25,325 nucleotides of DNA from positions 1 to 25,325 of the forward strand of contig JANRIL010000035.1 in NCBI GenBank assembly GCA_033764955.1. Direction: 5' to 3'. This DNA comes from Cyanobacteriota bacterium (lineage in GTDB: Bacteria; Cyanobacteriota; Cyanobacteriia; Thermostichales; Thermostichaceae). This document shows, one piece after another, positions 1 through 10,623 of this stretch (position 1 is its first letter; each line of letters opens with the position of its first letter). The notes under the pieces are model-generated. The model made no database searches and was not told the origin of the DNA. It saw nothing but the letters and a program-made list of their open reading frames with translations. The translations under genes were made by a program, and so were the position numbers.

Positions 1-160
1 GAAAAGTCTTGGACACACCATCTAGTTAGATTGCTCGTTTCCTCCTTCTCCCCTTCTCTCGCCTCCGGCATTGGTCAGGGGAGTGTCGTCAACTCGCACG
101 CATTCTTCCCCACGCTCACCCGAAGCGGGTAGAGCGCGGGGCTGCTGCTGCTTTAGCTCA
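1..160 (-). mobile_element. Probable left end of an IS200/IS605-family element running off the window start
   Basis: Imperfect GC-rich hairpin at 108-141 (CCCCACGCTCACCCG-AAG-CGGGTAGAGCGCGGGG). On the minus strand its context is TGAGCTAAAG...hairpin...GGGGAAGAATGCG, resembling cyanobacterial IS605 subterminal hairpins. A possible GTG start at 16-14 gives MSKTF, TnpB-like but only 5 codons. Recognised by resemblance only. Confidence 0.4.
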
Positions 161-253
161 TTCGCACCCTATGGGTATTTGCTACAGAGCTTGTTTCGTG
201 CGAGAAGAATCAGTTATGATACTTCAGCTAGCTAACCTCCTTCTTACCTTAAA

Positions 254-325
<72 letters not shown>

Positions 326-333
326 TAGTTCTC

Positions 334-358
334 AAACCCGCTCCAGCAGCGGGTTTTT
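334..358 (+). terminator. Rho-independent terminator after tRNA-Val
   Basis: AAACCCGCT-CCAGC-AGCGGGTTT stem-loop followed by a T-rich tract. Confidence 0.7.
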
Positions 359-462
359 GTTTGGAATAGGGATCCCTTAAAGCCTGTCATGGGGCGTGCA
401 TAAGGCTACTTTGACTAGGGATTTAGTGGGTTTTAGCTAGAATATGGGTATGAAATTTGGGT

Positions 463-637
463 ATGAATGGGTTAAAGTCCGCCAAGGGTACGGTTGCCGT
501 TACACTGGCGGTATCAGGGTCAGCGATACACACTCTCGATCGGACTTCCAGACTCAAAAGTGAATCGCCAACTAGCTCAAGGGAAGGCAACCCAGATTGA
601 ATTGGATATGGCATCCTGGCCAGTGCCTTATGGCTAA
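463..637 (+). pseudogene. Frameshifted N-terminal (arm DNA-binding) remnant of a tyrosine integrase
   Basis: Manual translation gives MNGLKSAKGTVAVT, then after a frameshift WRYQGQRYTLSIGLPDSKVNRQLAQGKATQIELDMAS. This matches the N-terminus of cyanobacterial phage integrases and resembles the 14143 integrase (RWQHQGKRF...AAEIERGI). It lies just downstream of a tRNA and is not in the ORF track. Confidence 0.75.
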
Positions 638-791
638 TGCCGATAAATTCAGTTACGTACTTATTGAAAATGAGCGAAGCCCACAACCCTCATTCCAGTT
701 TATTTATTCTCAATAAGCTAACCTTGTAGAATATGCTGGTATTTCATAGCCATTACTTGAATAGGACGACCCCTTTTTAGGTCGCTTTCGG

Positions 792-2666
792 TCAATGATG
801 CCCGTCAACGCTGCTCATAGACTGGGTTCTGTCTAATGCTTTCTGGGAAGGACGCTCCTCCGGCAAAAAGCCTCCAGCTTGCATTGTCCAGAGGCGGTAG
901 TAGGATCCCTTTTTTGTCAATAGCTCGGTATGGCTGCCATCTTCCACAATCTCACCGTGATCAAAGACGAGAATGCGGTCAAGGTGAGCGATGGTGGAGA
1001 GGCGGTGAGCCACAACAATCACGGTTTTATGCTGCATCGCTCGGTTGAGGCTATCTTGGATAGCTTTTTCTGTAATCGAATCCAAACTAGAGGTGGCTTC
1101 ATCCAAAATCAAAATGGGAGCATCTTTGAGAATAACGCGGGCAATGGCAATCCGTTGTCTTTGTCCTCCCGATAACTTTACCCCCCGTTCTCCCACCAGG
1201 GAAGCATAACCCTTGGGGGTAGCTTGGATAAATGCATCGGCGTGAGCCTGACGAGCTGCCTCGATCACCTGCCAGTCCTGAGCATGGATGTCACCATAGC
1301 GGATGTTTTCCATAAGGGCACGATGAAACAAGGTGGGATCCTGAGGAATCAGACTGATTTGCGCGTGGAGAGAATCTTGTGTCATCTCCCGAATATCCAC
1401 TCCATCGATCAAGATTTGTCCCGACTGGGGTTCAAATAAGCGCAGGATCAGATTGACAAAGCTAGATTTGCCAGAGCCGGAAAATCCTACTAGACCGACT
1501 CGTTGACCGGGATCGATCCGCACCGATAAATCTTGAAAAACTGGTTGATGGGGGTGATAGGCAAATTGCACATGCCGGAACTCGATGCTGCCCTGCCGAA
1601 TCGGGTGAGCTATGGATCCTGCCTGATTGACAATCTCATGGGGACGGACGATCGTATAAACACCATTGCTAATATTGCCAATATGCTGAAAAAATTCCAA
1701 AAAGCGGCGGCTAAGGTTGCGGGCTTCACTGATGATTAACAGAGATAGGCTGGTGGCAACAACAAAATCCGAGCCACTGATGAGTCCTTGGTTCCATAGA
1801 GCCAGCGAGTAATAGAGAATGCCGATTTTGAGAACTGCCGCTGCCACAAATTGAAACCAACGCACCCGCTCCGAATACCAGTTGGACTTCCTGACTTCTT
1901 TGAGTTCCTCAGCCAGTTGTTGATCCAACAGATTCCGTTCAAAATCCAGGCGGGCAAACAGCCGAGTGGTGCTCAGATTGGTTACCGTATCAACAATCAT
2001 GCCCGTGGTTTCACTGCGAGCCGCTGCCGCCTGCAAGGCATAGGGACGGCAACGTTTGGCTAGCTCAAAGGAGACCGCCGCAAACGACAAAGACCAGACT
2101 CCCACAAACAGGGAAAGTTGAGGGTGAGCCTGAAAAAGGAGAACGGTTGAGACACCAAAAACGATGACAATCGGCAAAAACTCGGTAATCAACATCGACA
2201 AAGACTGGGTAACCCCTAAGGCTGTCTCACTGATGCGATGAGCCAGAGCTCCGGCAAAGTTGCTGATCAGATAGCGATGGGAGTGATGTTGCAAGTAGGC
2301 ATACAAAGTGCGGGTGACGGCTTGCCGATGGATGGGATGCAGGATCGTGTGACATAGTCCGGCGGCTCGAGCAAACAGCACCTCCCCCACGCTTAGCCCG
2401 ACAAACAGGAGGAGAGGTTGATGAACTCCTGCCAGCATCGTGGTGCTTGTGGCCTCATTTACACTACGGATAATCTCACCAATTGCGTAGGGTAAAAGGA
2501 TCCCACAGGTGGCCTGAAGAATCTCCAGCAGCACCATCCCCACATACCACCAGCGAAATTGTTTAACGAAATAGCAGACGAAAGCGAAAGGGGTCGTCGG
2601 CAAGCGGGGAGCATCGGGATCCTGTTGAAAGGGAGGGATCCCGGTGGAGGGGGAAGCATGGGTCAT
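792..2666 (-). CDS. ABC transporter, fused permease/ATP-binding (exporter type)
   Basis: N-terminal TM domain; Walker A GFSGSGKS; signature LSGGQ; Walker B ILILDE; H-loop VAHR. Confidence 0.95.
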   Translation of the reverse strand: MTHASPSTGIPPFQQDPDAPRLPTTPFAFVCYFVKQFRWWYVGMVLLEILQATCGILLPYAIGEIIRSVNEATSTTMLAGVHQPLLLFVGLSVGEVLFARAAGLCHTILHPIHRQAVTRTLYAYLQHHSHRYLISNFAGALAHRISETALGVTQSLSMLITEFLPIVIVFGVSTVLLFQAHPQLSLFVGVWSLSFAAVSFELAKRCRPYALQAAAARSETTGMIVDTVTNLSTTRLFARLDFERNLLDQQLAEELKEVRKSNWYSERVRWFQFVAAAVLKIGILYYSLALWNQGLISGSDFVVATSLSLLIISEARNLSRRFLEFFQHIGNISNGVYTIVRPHEIVNQAGSIAHPIRQGSIEFRHVQFAYHPHQPVFQDLSVRIDPGQRVGLVGFSGSGKSSFVNLILRLFEPQSGQILIDGVDIREMTQDSLHAQISLIPQDPTLFHRALMENIRYGDIHAQDWQVIEAARQAHADAFIQATPKGYASLVGERGVKLSGGQRQRIAIARVILKDAPILILDEATSSLDSITEKAIQDSLNRAMQHKTVIVVAHRLSTIAHLDRILVFDHGEIVEDGSHTELLTKKGSYYRLWTMQAGGFLPEERPSQKALDRTQSMSSVDGHH

Positions 2667-2687
2667 GGTGGGTTTGATAGAGGTTGA

Positions 2688-4511
2688 CTAGGAACGAAAG
2701 CGGGGTCGCAGTTCGTGATAGCCCGTTTGCTCATCCCGTTGTCGCTCAAAACGGTGGCGGAGACTTTCACCAATCACCATTTCGGCGGTGGTGTAAATCA
2801 AGCACCCAGCCTGTAGGTGGCCTCCCCTGACCTGACCAGAGGGATCCGTGATCAGCAGGTGCAAATGCACGCCACTGGGAGCGAGTGTACCCACCAAACT
2901 GACAATCTCAAAGGTGTCCCGCCATACTTGATTGGTGGTTGCTCCCGCCATTCTGAGGGTAGCCTGCCGCAAACTCCCCACGCTGGTAAGCATAAAGCCC
3001 GCTTGGATCCCCTCTTGCTGAATAAATTTCAGTAACTCTGCTTTAAGATCCTGGTGGGGATGCAGGCGCAGCACAAAGATTTGCACCGATTCTGAGGGAG
3101 AGGGGGCTGGGTATGCCGATGCAGAGGAGGATCCCGCCCCTGTTGTCCGCCCTTCACCTAAGCGCCAGCCTGGTTTGACCACCTGCCGTGCCCGCGCAAT
3201 CGCCAACACATCATCTGGCAAATTCTCAGTAATCGTGGATCCCGCCGCAATGGTGACCTGTTCCCCCACAATGAGAGGGGCTACCAACACCGAATTAGCC
3301 CCTGTTTTGCTGCCTTTGCCAATCTGGGTGGAATGTTTGGTGATGCCGTCGTAGTTGGCGATAATCGTGCCCGCTCCAATATTGACTTCCTCCCCCAGTG
3401 TGGCATCTCCTAAATAAGCCAAATGGGCAGCATTCGTGCGGGATCCGATGCGCGTATTTTTGGTCTCGACAAAATTGCCAATCCGGCAATGATCGTTGAT
3501 CTGGCTGTGGTGGCGAATATGGGCGTAGGGACCTACGGTGGTGTGATCACCAATGTCACTCTCATGCACTACTGAATAGAAAATTTGACAGTGCTGACCA
3601 ATCTGGCTGTGCTCGATCAGGCTACCGGGTCCAATCCGGCAGCCCTCACCAATCTGGGTATGCCCCCGCAGGTGGGTTTGCGGCTCGATCACCACATCCA
3701 CCCCCAGCGTAACGGTGTCATCGATCGTAATGCTATTGGGATCGACCAGGGTGACTCCCGCCGCCATCCAGTTCGCTTTGATCCGCTCCTGCAAAATTTG
3801 GTAGGCTTCCGCCAACTGCAAGCGATCATTGATCCCAGCAATTTCTTGCACATCCTGTACATCCAGAGCCAACGCTTCCGGTAAGAGAGCAATTACGTCG
3901 GTCAAGTAGTATTCCTGCTGTTGATTGTCGGTTTTCAGTTGAGGCAGAACCTCGCCTAAAACAGGCCAGTGAAAGCAATAGATTCCGGCGTTAATGCGGT
4001 GGTTTTGGCGTTGCGCCGCTGTGCAATCGCGATCCTCGACAATTTCCACCACCCGATTGTCATGGTTGCAAAACACCCGCCCATAGCCTGTGGGATCCCC
4101 TACCCGTGCCGATAACAACGTGACAGAGGGTTTTTGGGATTGGTGGGTAGCAATCAAGGATCGCAGAGTTTCCGTGCGTAAGAGGGGGACATCCGCATTG
4201 ATCACCAAAAGATCTCCCTCAAAATCAGCCAAACAGGGAATGAGTTGCTGCACAGCATGACCTGTCCCCTTTTGCTCTGGTTGCTCGACAAACTCCACCG
4301 GGTAGCCGACAAGTGCCCCCCGCACTTGCTCCTGACCGTAACCCACCACCACCAAGCACCGCTGCGGTTGAAGGAGAGAGACATTTTGAATCACCCGTTC
4401 AATCAGTGAGAGGGATCCCAGTTTGTGGAGCACCTTGGGAAGATTAGACTTCATGCGGGTGCCTTTCCCGGCTGCCAAAATTGCCACGCTGAGAGGTGCG
4501 TTTTGCCTCAT
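2688..4511 (-). CDS. glmU: Bifunctional GlmU with C-terminal PPC/DUF296 domain (start ATG 4511, or TTG 4523)
   Basis: [11 protein letters not shown] nucleotidyltransferase motif, EYYLTD, hexapeptide repeats and NYDG. A Ser/Pro linker is followed by a PPC domain ([10 protein letters not shown]...[10 protein letters not shown]...HLHL...GGHL...TTAE). Confidence 0.95.
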   Translation of the reverse strand: MRQNAPLSVAILAAGKGTRMKSNLPKVLHKLGSLSLIERVIQNVSLLQPQRCLVVVGYGQEQVRGALVGYPVEFVEQPEQKGTGHAVQQLIPCLADFEGDLLVINADVPLLRTETLRSLIATHQSQKPSVTLLSARVGDPTGYGRVFCNHDNRVVEIVEDRDCTAAQRQNHRINAGIYCFHWPVLGEVLPQLKTDNQQQEYYLTDVIALLPEALALDVQDVQEIAGINDRLQLAEAYQILQERIKANWMAAGVTLVDPNSITIDDTVTLGVDVVIEPQTHLRGHTQIGEGCRIGPGSLIEHSQIGQHCQIFYSVVHESDIGDHTTVGPYAHIRHHSQINDHCRIGNFVETKNTRIGSRTNAAHLAYLGDATLGEEVNIGAGTIIANYDGITKHSTQIGKGSKTGANSVLVAPLIVGEQVTIAAGSTITENLPDDVLAIARARQVVKPGWRLGEGRTTGAGSSSASAYPAPSPSESVQIFVLRLHPHQDLKAELLKFIQQEGIQAGFMLTSVGSLRQATLRMAGATTNQVWRDTFEIVSLVGTLAPSGVHLHLLITDPSGQVRGGHLQAGCLIYTTAEMVIGESLRHRFERQRDEQTGYHELRPRFRS

Positions 4512-4554
4512 GTCTCGCCTCAATCTTCTGGCAGGAGTATAGCAGTTGTTTGGA

Positions 4555-5163
4555 TCACCACAGATAAAGCAAGATGAACAAAATTACCCAGATCACATCA
4601 ACAAAGTGCCAGTAGATTTCTGCCGCTTCTACGCCGAAGTGGTGCTCAGAGGAATAGTGACCGGCCTTCATTGAACGCCACAAAACCCCCAGAATCAGCA
4701 ACAAACCACAGGTGACATGCAAGCCATGAAAGCCTGTCAAAACATAAAAAGTACTAGCAAACAAATCGGTTGTTAACCCATATTCCAGGTGATTATATTC
4801 ATAGAGTTGACCAGCTAAGAATATAGCCCCCATCAGAGCTGTCACACCAAACCAAAATCGTAAGCCTTTTACATCATTTTTTTGAATGGCGGGCATGGCA
4901 TTGTGAATCACAAAACTGCTGGCAATCAAAATCAAACTATTCACACCGGGTAACAACAACTCCCGTTCCGGGGTAACAAAATTTGGGGAAACCAAACGAA
5001 AGGTAATGTAGGCGATAAACAGCCCCATGAATAGCATTCCTTCCGCCACCAGAAAGACAAAAATGCCAAACACACGATGATCATGATGGACTTCAGAATG
5101 AGCAGGCTGGGTATAACCCTGGGTAAACAGCCCTGTTTGTTCCGTACTGAGAGAGCCTTGCAT
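4555..5163 (-). CDS. ctaE: Cytochrome c oxidase subunit III (likely start ATG 5163; ORF open to 5253)
   Basis: [12 protein letters not shown] and YWHFVDVIW motifs; third gene of the cox operon. Confidence 0.93.
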   Translation of the reverse strand: MQGSLSTEQTGLFTQGYTQPAHSEVHHDHRVFGIFVFLVAEGMLFMGLFIAYITFRLVSPNFVTPERELLLPGVNSLILIASSFVIHNAMPAIQKNDVKGLRFWFGVTALMGAIFLAGQLYEYNHLEYGLTTDLFASTFYVLTGFHGLHVTCGLLLILGVLWRSMKAGHYSSEHHFGVEAAEIYWHFVDVIWVILFILLYLW

Positions 5164-5256
5164 GATATCAACCTTTGCAGAGTTTGCGGAAAGTGAGTAG
5201 CGGTAATTGCTAAATGGACAGTCAATCAACAAATCCCCGTGCAGGAGCTTCATCCC

Positions 5257-7002
5257 CTAGGTCTGATGAGGATTGGGATCCCCACTGTCGGAAGCAACAG
5301 TCGTGACCCCACTCTTTTGTGAAAAGGTTCGCAACGCATTTAACTGATTGGCAAAATAGGCCAAGGTTTCTTTGTTGTGAACCCCGTAATCATAGGGGCC
5401 TGTCAGCAATAAAGGTTCCCCATAAAAATTATGGAGGGGGGGCGGAGACGCGGTAGTCCATTCTAAGGTCATGCCCTCCCAGGGGTTATCCCCCGCTTTG
5501 GGGCCTTTGAACCAACTCCAGACCGCATTCACGATAAAAGGCAAGGTAGAAATTGCCAAAATAAAAGTGCCAATCGTACAGATCAAATTGAGGGTAGAAA
5601 ATTGGGGATCATATTGAGCCACGCGGCGGGGCATACCCTCCAGTCCCAGTTTATGCATGGGCAAGAAGGCCAAATTAAAACCAATAAAATTGAGGGCAAA
5701 ATGTACTCTTCCCCAAAATTCGTTGATCATCCGTCCTGTCATTTTTGGGAACCAGTGATAAAGTCCCGCATAAATCCCAAAAATACTGCCGCCAAATAGC
5801 ACATAGTGAATATGAGCCACCACGAAATAAGTGTCATGCACATGGATATCGAGGGGAACCGAGGCCAAAATCACGCCACTGAGTCCGCCAATCACAAACA
5901 TCGAAATAAAGCCCAGACCAAATAGCATGGCACTATTCAGGCGAATTTTTCCTCCCCAAATGGTAGCCAGCCAACTGAAAATTTTGATGCCAGTCGGGAC
6001 GGCAATTACCATCGTGGCCACCATAAAAAATACGCGCATCCAATCCGGTGTGCCACTGGTAAACATGTGGTGTGCCCATACCACCAAACCTAGGCCACAA
6101 ATCGCCATACTGGAATAGGCAATCGCTTTGTAGGCAAAAATGGGTTTGCGAGCGTGAACGGGCAAAATTTCAGAAATCATGCCAAAAACAGGCAGGATCA
6201 TGATGTAGACAGCCGGATGCGAATAGAACCAGAACATGTGCTGATAAACAATCGGATCCCCTCCGCCCGTCGGGTTAAAAAAGGCAGTTCCGGCTAACAA
6301 ATCAAAGCTTAAAAGAATCAATGCCCCTGCCAAAACGGGTGTGGCAATCAACGTTAAGATGGAGGTAGCGAGCATGGCCCAACAAAAAAGTGGCATATCC
6401 GTTAATTTCATGCCGGGAAGACGCATTTTAAGGATAGTCACGAAAAAGTTAACCCCTGCCAAAATGGAGGAAGTTCCCCCCAACAAAAGCGTTAAAATCC
6501 AAACTTCTTCCCCAAATTTCCCGGTTAACAAACTCAAAGGGGGATAAGAAGTCCAACCCGCTTGCGGGGCATCTACCAAGAAACTAGCCAATAGGAGGAT
6601 CCCGGTTGGGGGAATCATCCAAAAAGCCAAGGCATTGAGGCGGGGAAACGCCATATCTCGTGCCCCGATCATCAGGGGAACCAGATAGTTGCCAAATCCC
6701 CCGGTCAAGGCAGGCACAATCCACAAAAAGATCATGACCGTGGCATGAATCGTAAACACACTATTGTAGTGCTCATACCCCAATAAATCGGCTTCGGGAG
6801 TGGCTAATTCTGCCCGAATTAGAGTGGCTAAGGCTCCTCCAATCAGATAAAAAATGAAGGTTGTGACCAGATATTGAATGCCAATGACTTTGTGATCGGT
6901 AGAGAATGTGAAAAATCGCCACCATTTTTCCCCGTCATGTTCAGCAGAAACGGAGAGATGGGGATCCTGAGCGAGATTTGGGTTTTCTTGCAGTTGTGTC
7001 AT
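5257..7002 (-). CDS. ctaD: Cytochrome c oxidase subunit I
   Basis: GWTSYPPL, WFYSHPAVY, WAHH and HDTYFVVAHIHY heme/CuB ligand motifs. Confidence 0.97.
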   Translation of the reverse strand: MTQLQENPNLAQDPHLSVSAEHDGEKWWRFFTFSTDHKVIGIQYLVTTFIFYLIGGALATLIRAELATPEADLLGYEHYNSVFTIHATVMIFLWIVPALTGGFGNYLVPLMIGARDMAFPRLNALAFWMIPPTGILLLASFLVDAPQAGWTSYPPLSLLTGKFGEEVWILTLLLGGTSSILAGVNFFVTILKMRLPGMKLTDMPLFCWAMLATSILTLIATPVLAGALILLSFDLLAGTAFFNPTGGGDPIVYQHMFWFYSHPAVYIMILPVFGMISEILPVHARKPIFAYKAIAYSSMAICGLGLVVWAHHMFTSGTPDWMRVFFMVATMVIAVPTGIKIFSWLATIWGGKIRLNSAMLFGLGFISMFVIGGLSGVILASVPLDIHVHDTYFVVAHIHYVLFGGSIFGIYAGLYHWFPKMTGRMINEFWGRVHFALNFIGFNLAFLPMHKLGLEGMPRRVAQYDPQFSTLNLICTIGTFILAISTLPFIVNAVWSWFKGPKAGDNPWEGMTLEWTTASPPPLHNFYGEPLLLTGPYDYGVHNKETLAYFANQLNALRTFSQKSGVTTVASDSGDPNPHQT

Positions 7003-7145
7003 GGATGCAACTCACAGGGCAGGAACTTTTCAGATTTTTCAACCTTTAATTTAACTTTCAAATTTCTATCCAGTTAGGCTCGATCGTGGAGTGGGTAGTG
7101 CCTTGACCCGGATTCCTATGGGGACAGCCGAATTCAACTCACCAA

Positions 7146-8087
7146 TCAAGAAGAGGGATGGGATCCGGTGTGGGCTAGCTGATGGAGGGTTTCCACATCC
7201 ACCCCCAGGGTTTGACTTTGTTGTTCGGCAAAACTAGAGGCGGCAGTTGAGCTGAGGCTGGCGATCCTGGACGGGGATCCCCCTTGAGCAATCAACTGGC
7301 TTTCTTGCCAAGCCAGAAACTCCACTCCGTCTTCCACCATCAGTTGCCCTTGCATCGCCCCATGATAGGGGCCACACAACTCGGCACAGACAATTGGATA
7401 TTCACCCACTTGGGTAGGGGTAAACTCCAGATGGGTTTCTCGGCCTGCAATTAAATCTTGCTTGAGGCGAAACTGAGGCACCCAAAAGGCATGATTGACA
7501 TCCTGAGCCACCATATCCAGGCGAATTCGCTTGTTCACGGGCAGGTGCAGTTCCCCCGTGACTACCCCTGTTTCTGGATAAGTAAACAGCCAGGCATACT
7601 GCATACCCGACACTTTCACTACCAGATCTGGCACTCCCGGAGCCTTTTGAGCCGCAATCGCGGGTTGATAGCCCATACCTTCCGACTCGGCCATCATGGG
7701 CATCGCGTGAGCCGTATGTCCACCCGGATCCACGCCACTCCCCATCGCCTGATACACATCCAGGCTGGCGACGGCTAACCACAGCACCACCACCGCCGGA
7801 ATTGCTGTCCAGACAATTTCTAACAAGACATTGCCATGCACAGGATCGCCATCCCGGTTGTCGCCCGGTTGTCGCCGAAAGCGAATCGCTGAGTAGAGCA
7901 ACAGCCCCTGCACAACCAGAAAAATACCCGTAGCAATCACCATCGTGGTGTCAAACAGACCATCAAACAGTGGAGCCTCAAGGGAGGCTTCGGCAGGCAA
8001 AAGATGATGATTGTGCCCGTACCATAGGCTGACCAATGTTAGGCCAATACCCAAAGCAACCAAAATAATATTGTTGAAAACGCTCAC
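7146..8087 (-). CDS. ctaC: Cytochrome c oxidase subunit II
   Basis: LEIVWT, DVNHAFW and an intact CuA motif CAELCGPYHGAM. Confidence 0.95.
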   Translation of the reverse strand: MSVFNNIILVALGIGLTLVSLWYGHNHHLLPAEASLEAPLFDGLFDTTMVIATGIFLVVQGLLLYSAIRFRRQPGDNRDGDPVHGNVLLEIVWTAIPAVVVLWLAVASLDVYQAMGSGVDPGGHTAHAMPMMAESEGMGYQPAIAAQKAPGVPDLVVKVSGMQYAWLFTYPETGVVTGELHLPVNKRIRLDMVAQDVNHAFWVPQFRLKQDLIAGRETHLEFTPTQVGEYPIVCAELCGPYHGAMQGQLMVEDGVEFLAWQESQLIAQGGSPSRIASLSSTAASSFAEQQSQTLGVDVETLHQLAHTGSHPSS

Positions 8088-8531
8088 AATGTTTTGTTTT
8101 TTTAAGGATTAAGTATGGGAACCTTGAACCACGGATCCTGGTATTCCGTCATCACCCTAGTGGAGAGACCCAGGAGGATCCCGACAAATTTATGAATGTC
8201 TTTGGGATCGAACCAACCCACTTTCTGGAATTCCGCCCTCACGATAACCTTCTCCTCTGGCCTGAGCAGCCAGAGATCCAGAAACATTTAACTTTTTCAA
8301 AGCAAAACTAAGACTCAAAAATAATCCCACACAAATCGAAGAAATTATTAAAACCTCGTCACCTCTTGGCGGCAGCTTTTAGTATCAAGAGATAGGAGCC
8401 AATTTAGGGATCCGGTAGGATATTTGGGTCATTTATCCTCATTTTTGCCCCATTTTGGCAACGAAATGCTGACAGCTCCTTAGTTTTGCTCTCCTGCTCA
8501 AAAAGACTGCATCATCTGCCCAGGAAATCGC

Positions 8532-9512
8532 ATGGTAGACTCCTCCTTCTCTGCGGAGCATGTCTGGATCGCTGGATCCACCGACTCTCCATCTTCCTTT
8601 TCCCCGTCCACTACTTGGCAAGAACGCTGGTTGGGGCGTGTCACCCTGACATTAGCCGTCGTCACGCTGTTTTTGATGGCCTTGGGTAGTGCTACCCGTG
8701 TGATGAATGCAGGACTATCCTGCCCCGATTGGCCCCTTTGCTATGGCGAGATCGTCCCCGCCCAGCAAATGAATCTTCAGGTTTTTTTGGAGTGGTTTCA
8801 CCGCTTGGTGGCTTCTTCCCTAGGGCTGGTGGTGCTGATCGTAACGGGGTTGAGTTGGTTTTATCGACAACGTTTAGCCCCTTGGATCCCGATGGCGATG
8901 AGCTGGGCTTTGGGCTTGGTAATGGTGCAGGGGTTGCTGGGGGGGTTGACAGTGACGGAGCTATTGCGCTTTGACATCGTGACGGCTCATCTGGGCACAG
9001 GGCTACTTTTTTTTGCCACCCTGCTGACGATTGCTCTCTGTCTCTTGCCAGTTGCAACAGCATCCTCGGTCAGCCGGATGGGATCCCTCCCCTGGTTGGC
9101 GGGGTTGGCGGCTCTGCTGGTTTATGGTCAAAGCCTCTTGGGGGGATTGGTGGCTTCCCAGTGGGCGGTTCATCAATGCTTGGGATCCCAGCAGCTTTGT
9201 GCCGTTATGAACAGCCACCTCCTGGGGGTGATTCCAGCTAGCCTAGCCACTCTGGTGGTGGTGGTGAGCACCTTGGTCAAGGCGATTCGCCACCCTTTAC
9301 CTCCCCTCCTGCCCAAGCTGGCTCTGCTGGGGGGAGGGCTGTTGATAGGGCAACTGGCTTTGGGCTGGGCTACCTTTCGACTGCATTTGCAAGTGGAGCC
9401 TCTCACGGTAGCCCATCAGGCGATTGGCGCGGCTCTGTTGGGATCCCTGGTGGCCTTAACTGTGCTGGCTTGGCGGGAACAAAGACGCTCATTTCGGGCA
9501 TTGGCAGTCTAA
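8532..9512 (+). CDS. ctaA: Heme A synthase (COX15/CtaA)
   Basis: GLSCPDWPLC and EWFHR motifs, multiple TM helices, divergent from the cox operon. Confidence 0.92.
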   Translation: MVDSSFSAEHVWIAGSTDSPSSFSPSTTWQERWLGRVTLTLAVVTLFLMALGSATRVMNAGLSCPDWPLCYGEIVPAQQMNLQVFLEWFHRLVASSLGLVVLIVTGLSWFYRQRLAPWIPMAMSWALGLVMVQGLLGGLTVTELLRFDIVTAHLGTGLLFFATLLTIALCLLPVATASSVSRMGSLPWLAGLAALLVYGQSLLGGLVASQWAVHQCLGSQQLCAVMNSHLLGVIPASLATLVVVVSTLVKAIRHPLPPLLPKLALLGGGLLIGQLALGWATFRLHLQVEPLTVAHQAIGAALLGSLVALTVLAWREQRRSFRALAV

Positions 9513-9604
9513 ATCTCCTGTCATCCTTCGCTACCCGATGTCGTAGCTGATTGATGATGGCTACTTCTTCCTTCTTTAGTGGATAGCTTTTCTGTTGAGA
9601 TCCT

Positions 9605-10597
9605 ATGCAAGACACTCTTTTGATCGATGGCTCAGAATCGAAGCTATCTCGTCACCACGACCATTTTGGGCAGGTTGTCCGCAGCTATAGCCAACTGATC
9701 AAGCCAAAGATCATCTTCTTATTATTGGTGACTACCGCCGGAGGAATGTGGATCCCGGCGCAGGGGCATCTGGATCCCAAGCTGTTTGGGTTCACGCTTT
9801 TGGGGGGCGGGCTGGCAGCGGCGGCGGCCAATGCCATCAATATGATCTATGACAGCGACATCGATCAGGTGATGGAGCGCACCCGTGCGCGTCCGATTCC
9901 GGCTGGGCGAATTCAGCCGCGGGATGCCTTAATTTTTGCGGTGGGTTTGGCGGTATTGTCCTTTAGCCTGTTGATGACCTTTGCCAATGGGTTAAGTGCT
10001 TGCTTGGCGATGGTGGGCATCGTTGTTTATGTTGGAGTTTATACCCATTGGTTGAAGCGCTCCAGTACCCAGAACATTGTGATTGGGGGGGCAGCGGGGG
10101 CGATTCCTCCCTTGGTGGGCTGGGCAGCGGTCACGGGAGGTTTGAGCTGGCCTGCTTGGGTTTTATTTGCGATTATCTTTTTGTGGACTCCCCCGCATTT
10201 TTGGGCATTGGCGATTTTGAAGCAAGAAGACTATGCCAGAGCGGGAGTGCCCATGCTACCCGTAGTGGAAGGAGAGATCTCCACCGCTCGACAAATTTTT
10301 ATTTATACCTTGTTGATCTTGCCCGTCACCTTATTGCTAGTGTTTCCCTTTCATGTCATGGGATCCTTTTATGGGTTCTCCGCCCTGGGGTTGGGGGGGG
10401 GGTTGATTTGGAAGTCCTGGCACCTGATGCAGTGCCCCCAGGATCGGGATCGGGCGGGTGGATTGTTTGTCTATGCCAATCTCTATCTGTTGTTTTTGTG
10501 CTTAGTGATTGGTGTTGATACCCTCCCCATCACCCATCAGCTTTCCGCCCACCTTTGGCAGATGCTTGATCCCCTCTGGCGGTCGGGGTTAGCCTGA
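9605..10597 (+). CDS. ctaB: Protoheme IX farnesyltransferase (heme O synthase)
   Basis: DSDIDQVMERTRARPIP, NIVIGGAAG and WTPPHFWALA motifs. Confidence 0.95.
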   Translation: MQDTLLIDGSESKLSRHHDHFGQVVRSYSQLIKPKIIFLLLVTTAGGMWIPAQGHLDPKLFGFTLLGGGLAAAAANAINMIYDSDIDQVMERTRARPIPAGRIQPRDALIFAVGLAVLSFSLLMTFANGLSACLAMVGIVVYVGVYTHWLKRSSTQNIVIGGAAGAIPPLVGWAAVTGGLSWPAWVLFAIIFLWTPPHFWALAILKQEDYARAGVPMLPVVEGEISTARQIFIYTLLILPVTLLLVFPFHVMGSFYGFSALGLGGGLIWKSWHLMQCPQDRDRAGGLFVYANLYLLFLCLVIGVDTLPITHQLSAHLWQMLDPLWRSGLA

Positions 10598-10623
10598 CTG
10601 GATTTGGACATCGGGTAGGATGG

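Noticed and set aside
1..167. Group II intron 5' end (minus-strand GTGCG at 167-163 and 99-95) pairing with the intron 3' end at the right edge
   Set aside because: A 5-mer is weak evidence and I could not recognise domain I motifs. The hairpin context fits an IS200/IS605 end better. Not fully excluded.
423..686. 87-aa minus-strand ORF
   Set aside because: It is antisense to the integrase remnant, which explains the region better.
4555..8087. Alternative respiratory terminal oxidase (ARTO / quinol oxidase)
   Set aside because: Subunit II retains the CuA ligands and ctaA/ctaB are adjacent, so this is the ordinary aa3 oxidase.
8102..8287. 61-aa ORF upstream of ctaC
   Set aside because: No recognisable motif; it lies in the divergent ctaC/ctaA promoter region. 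Not supportable without homology data.
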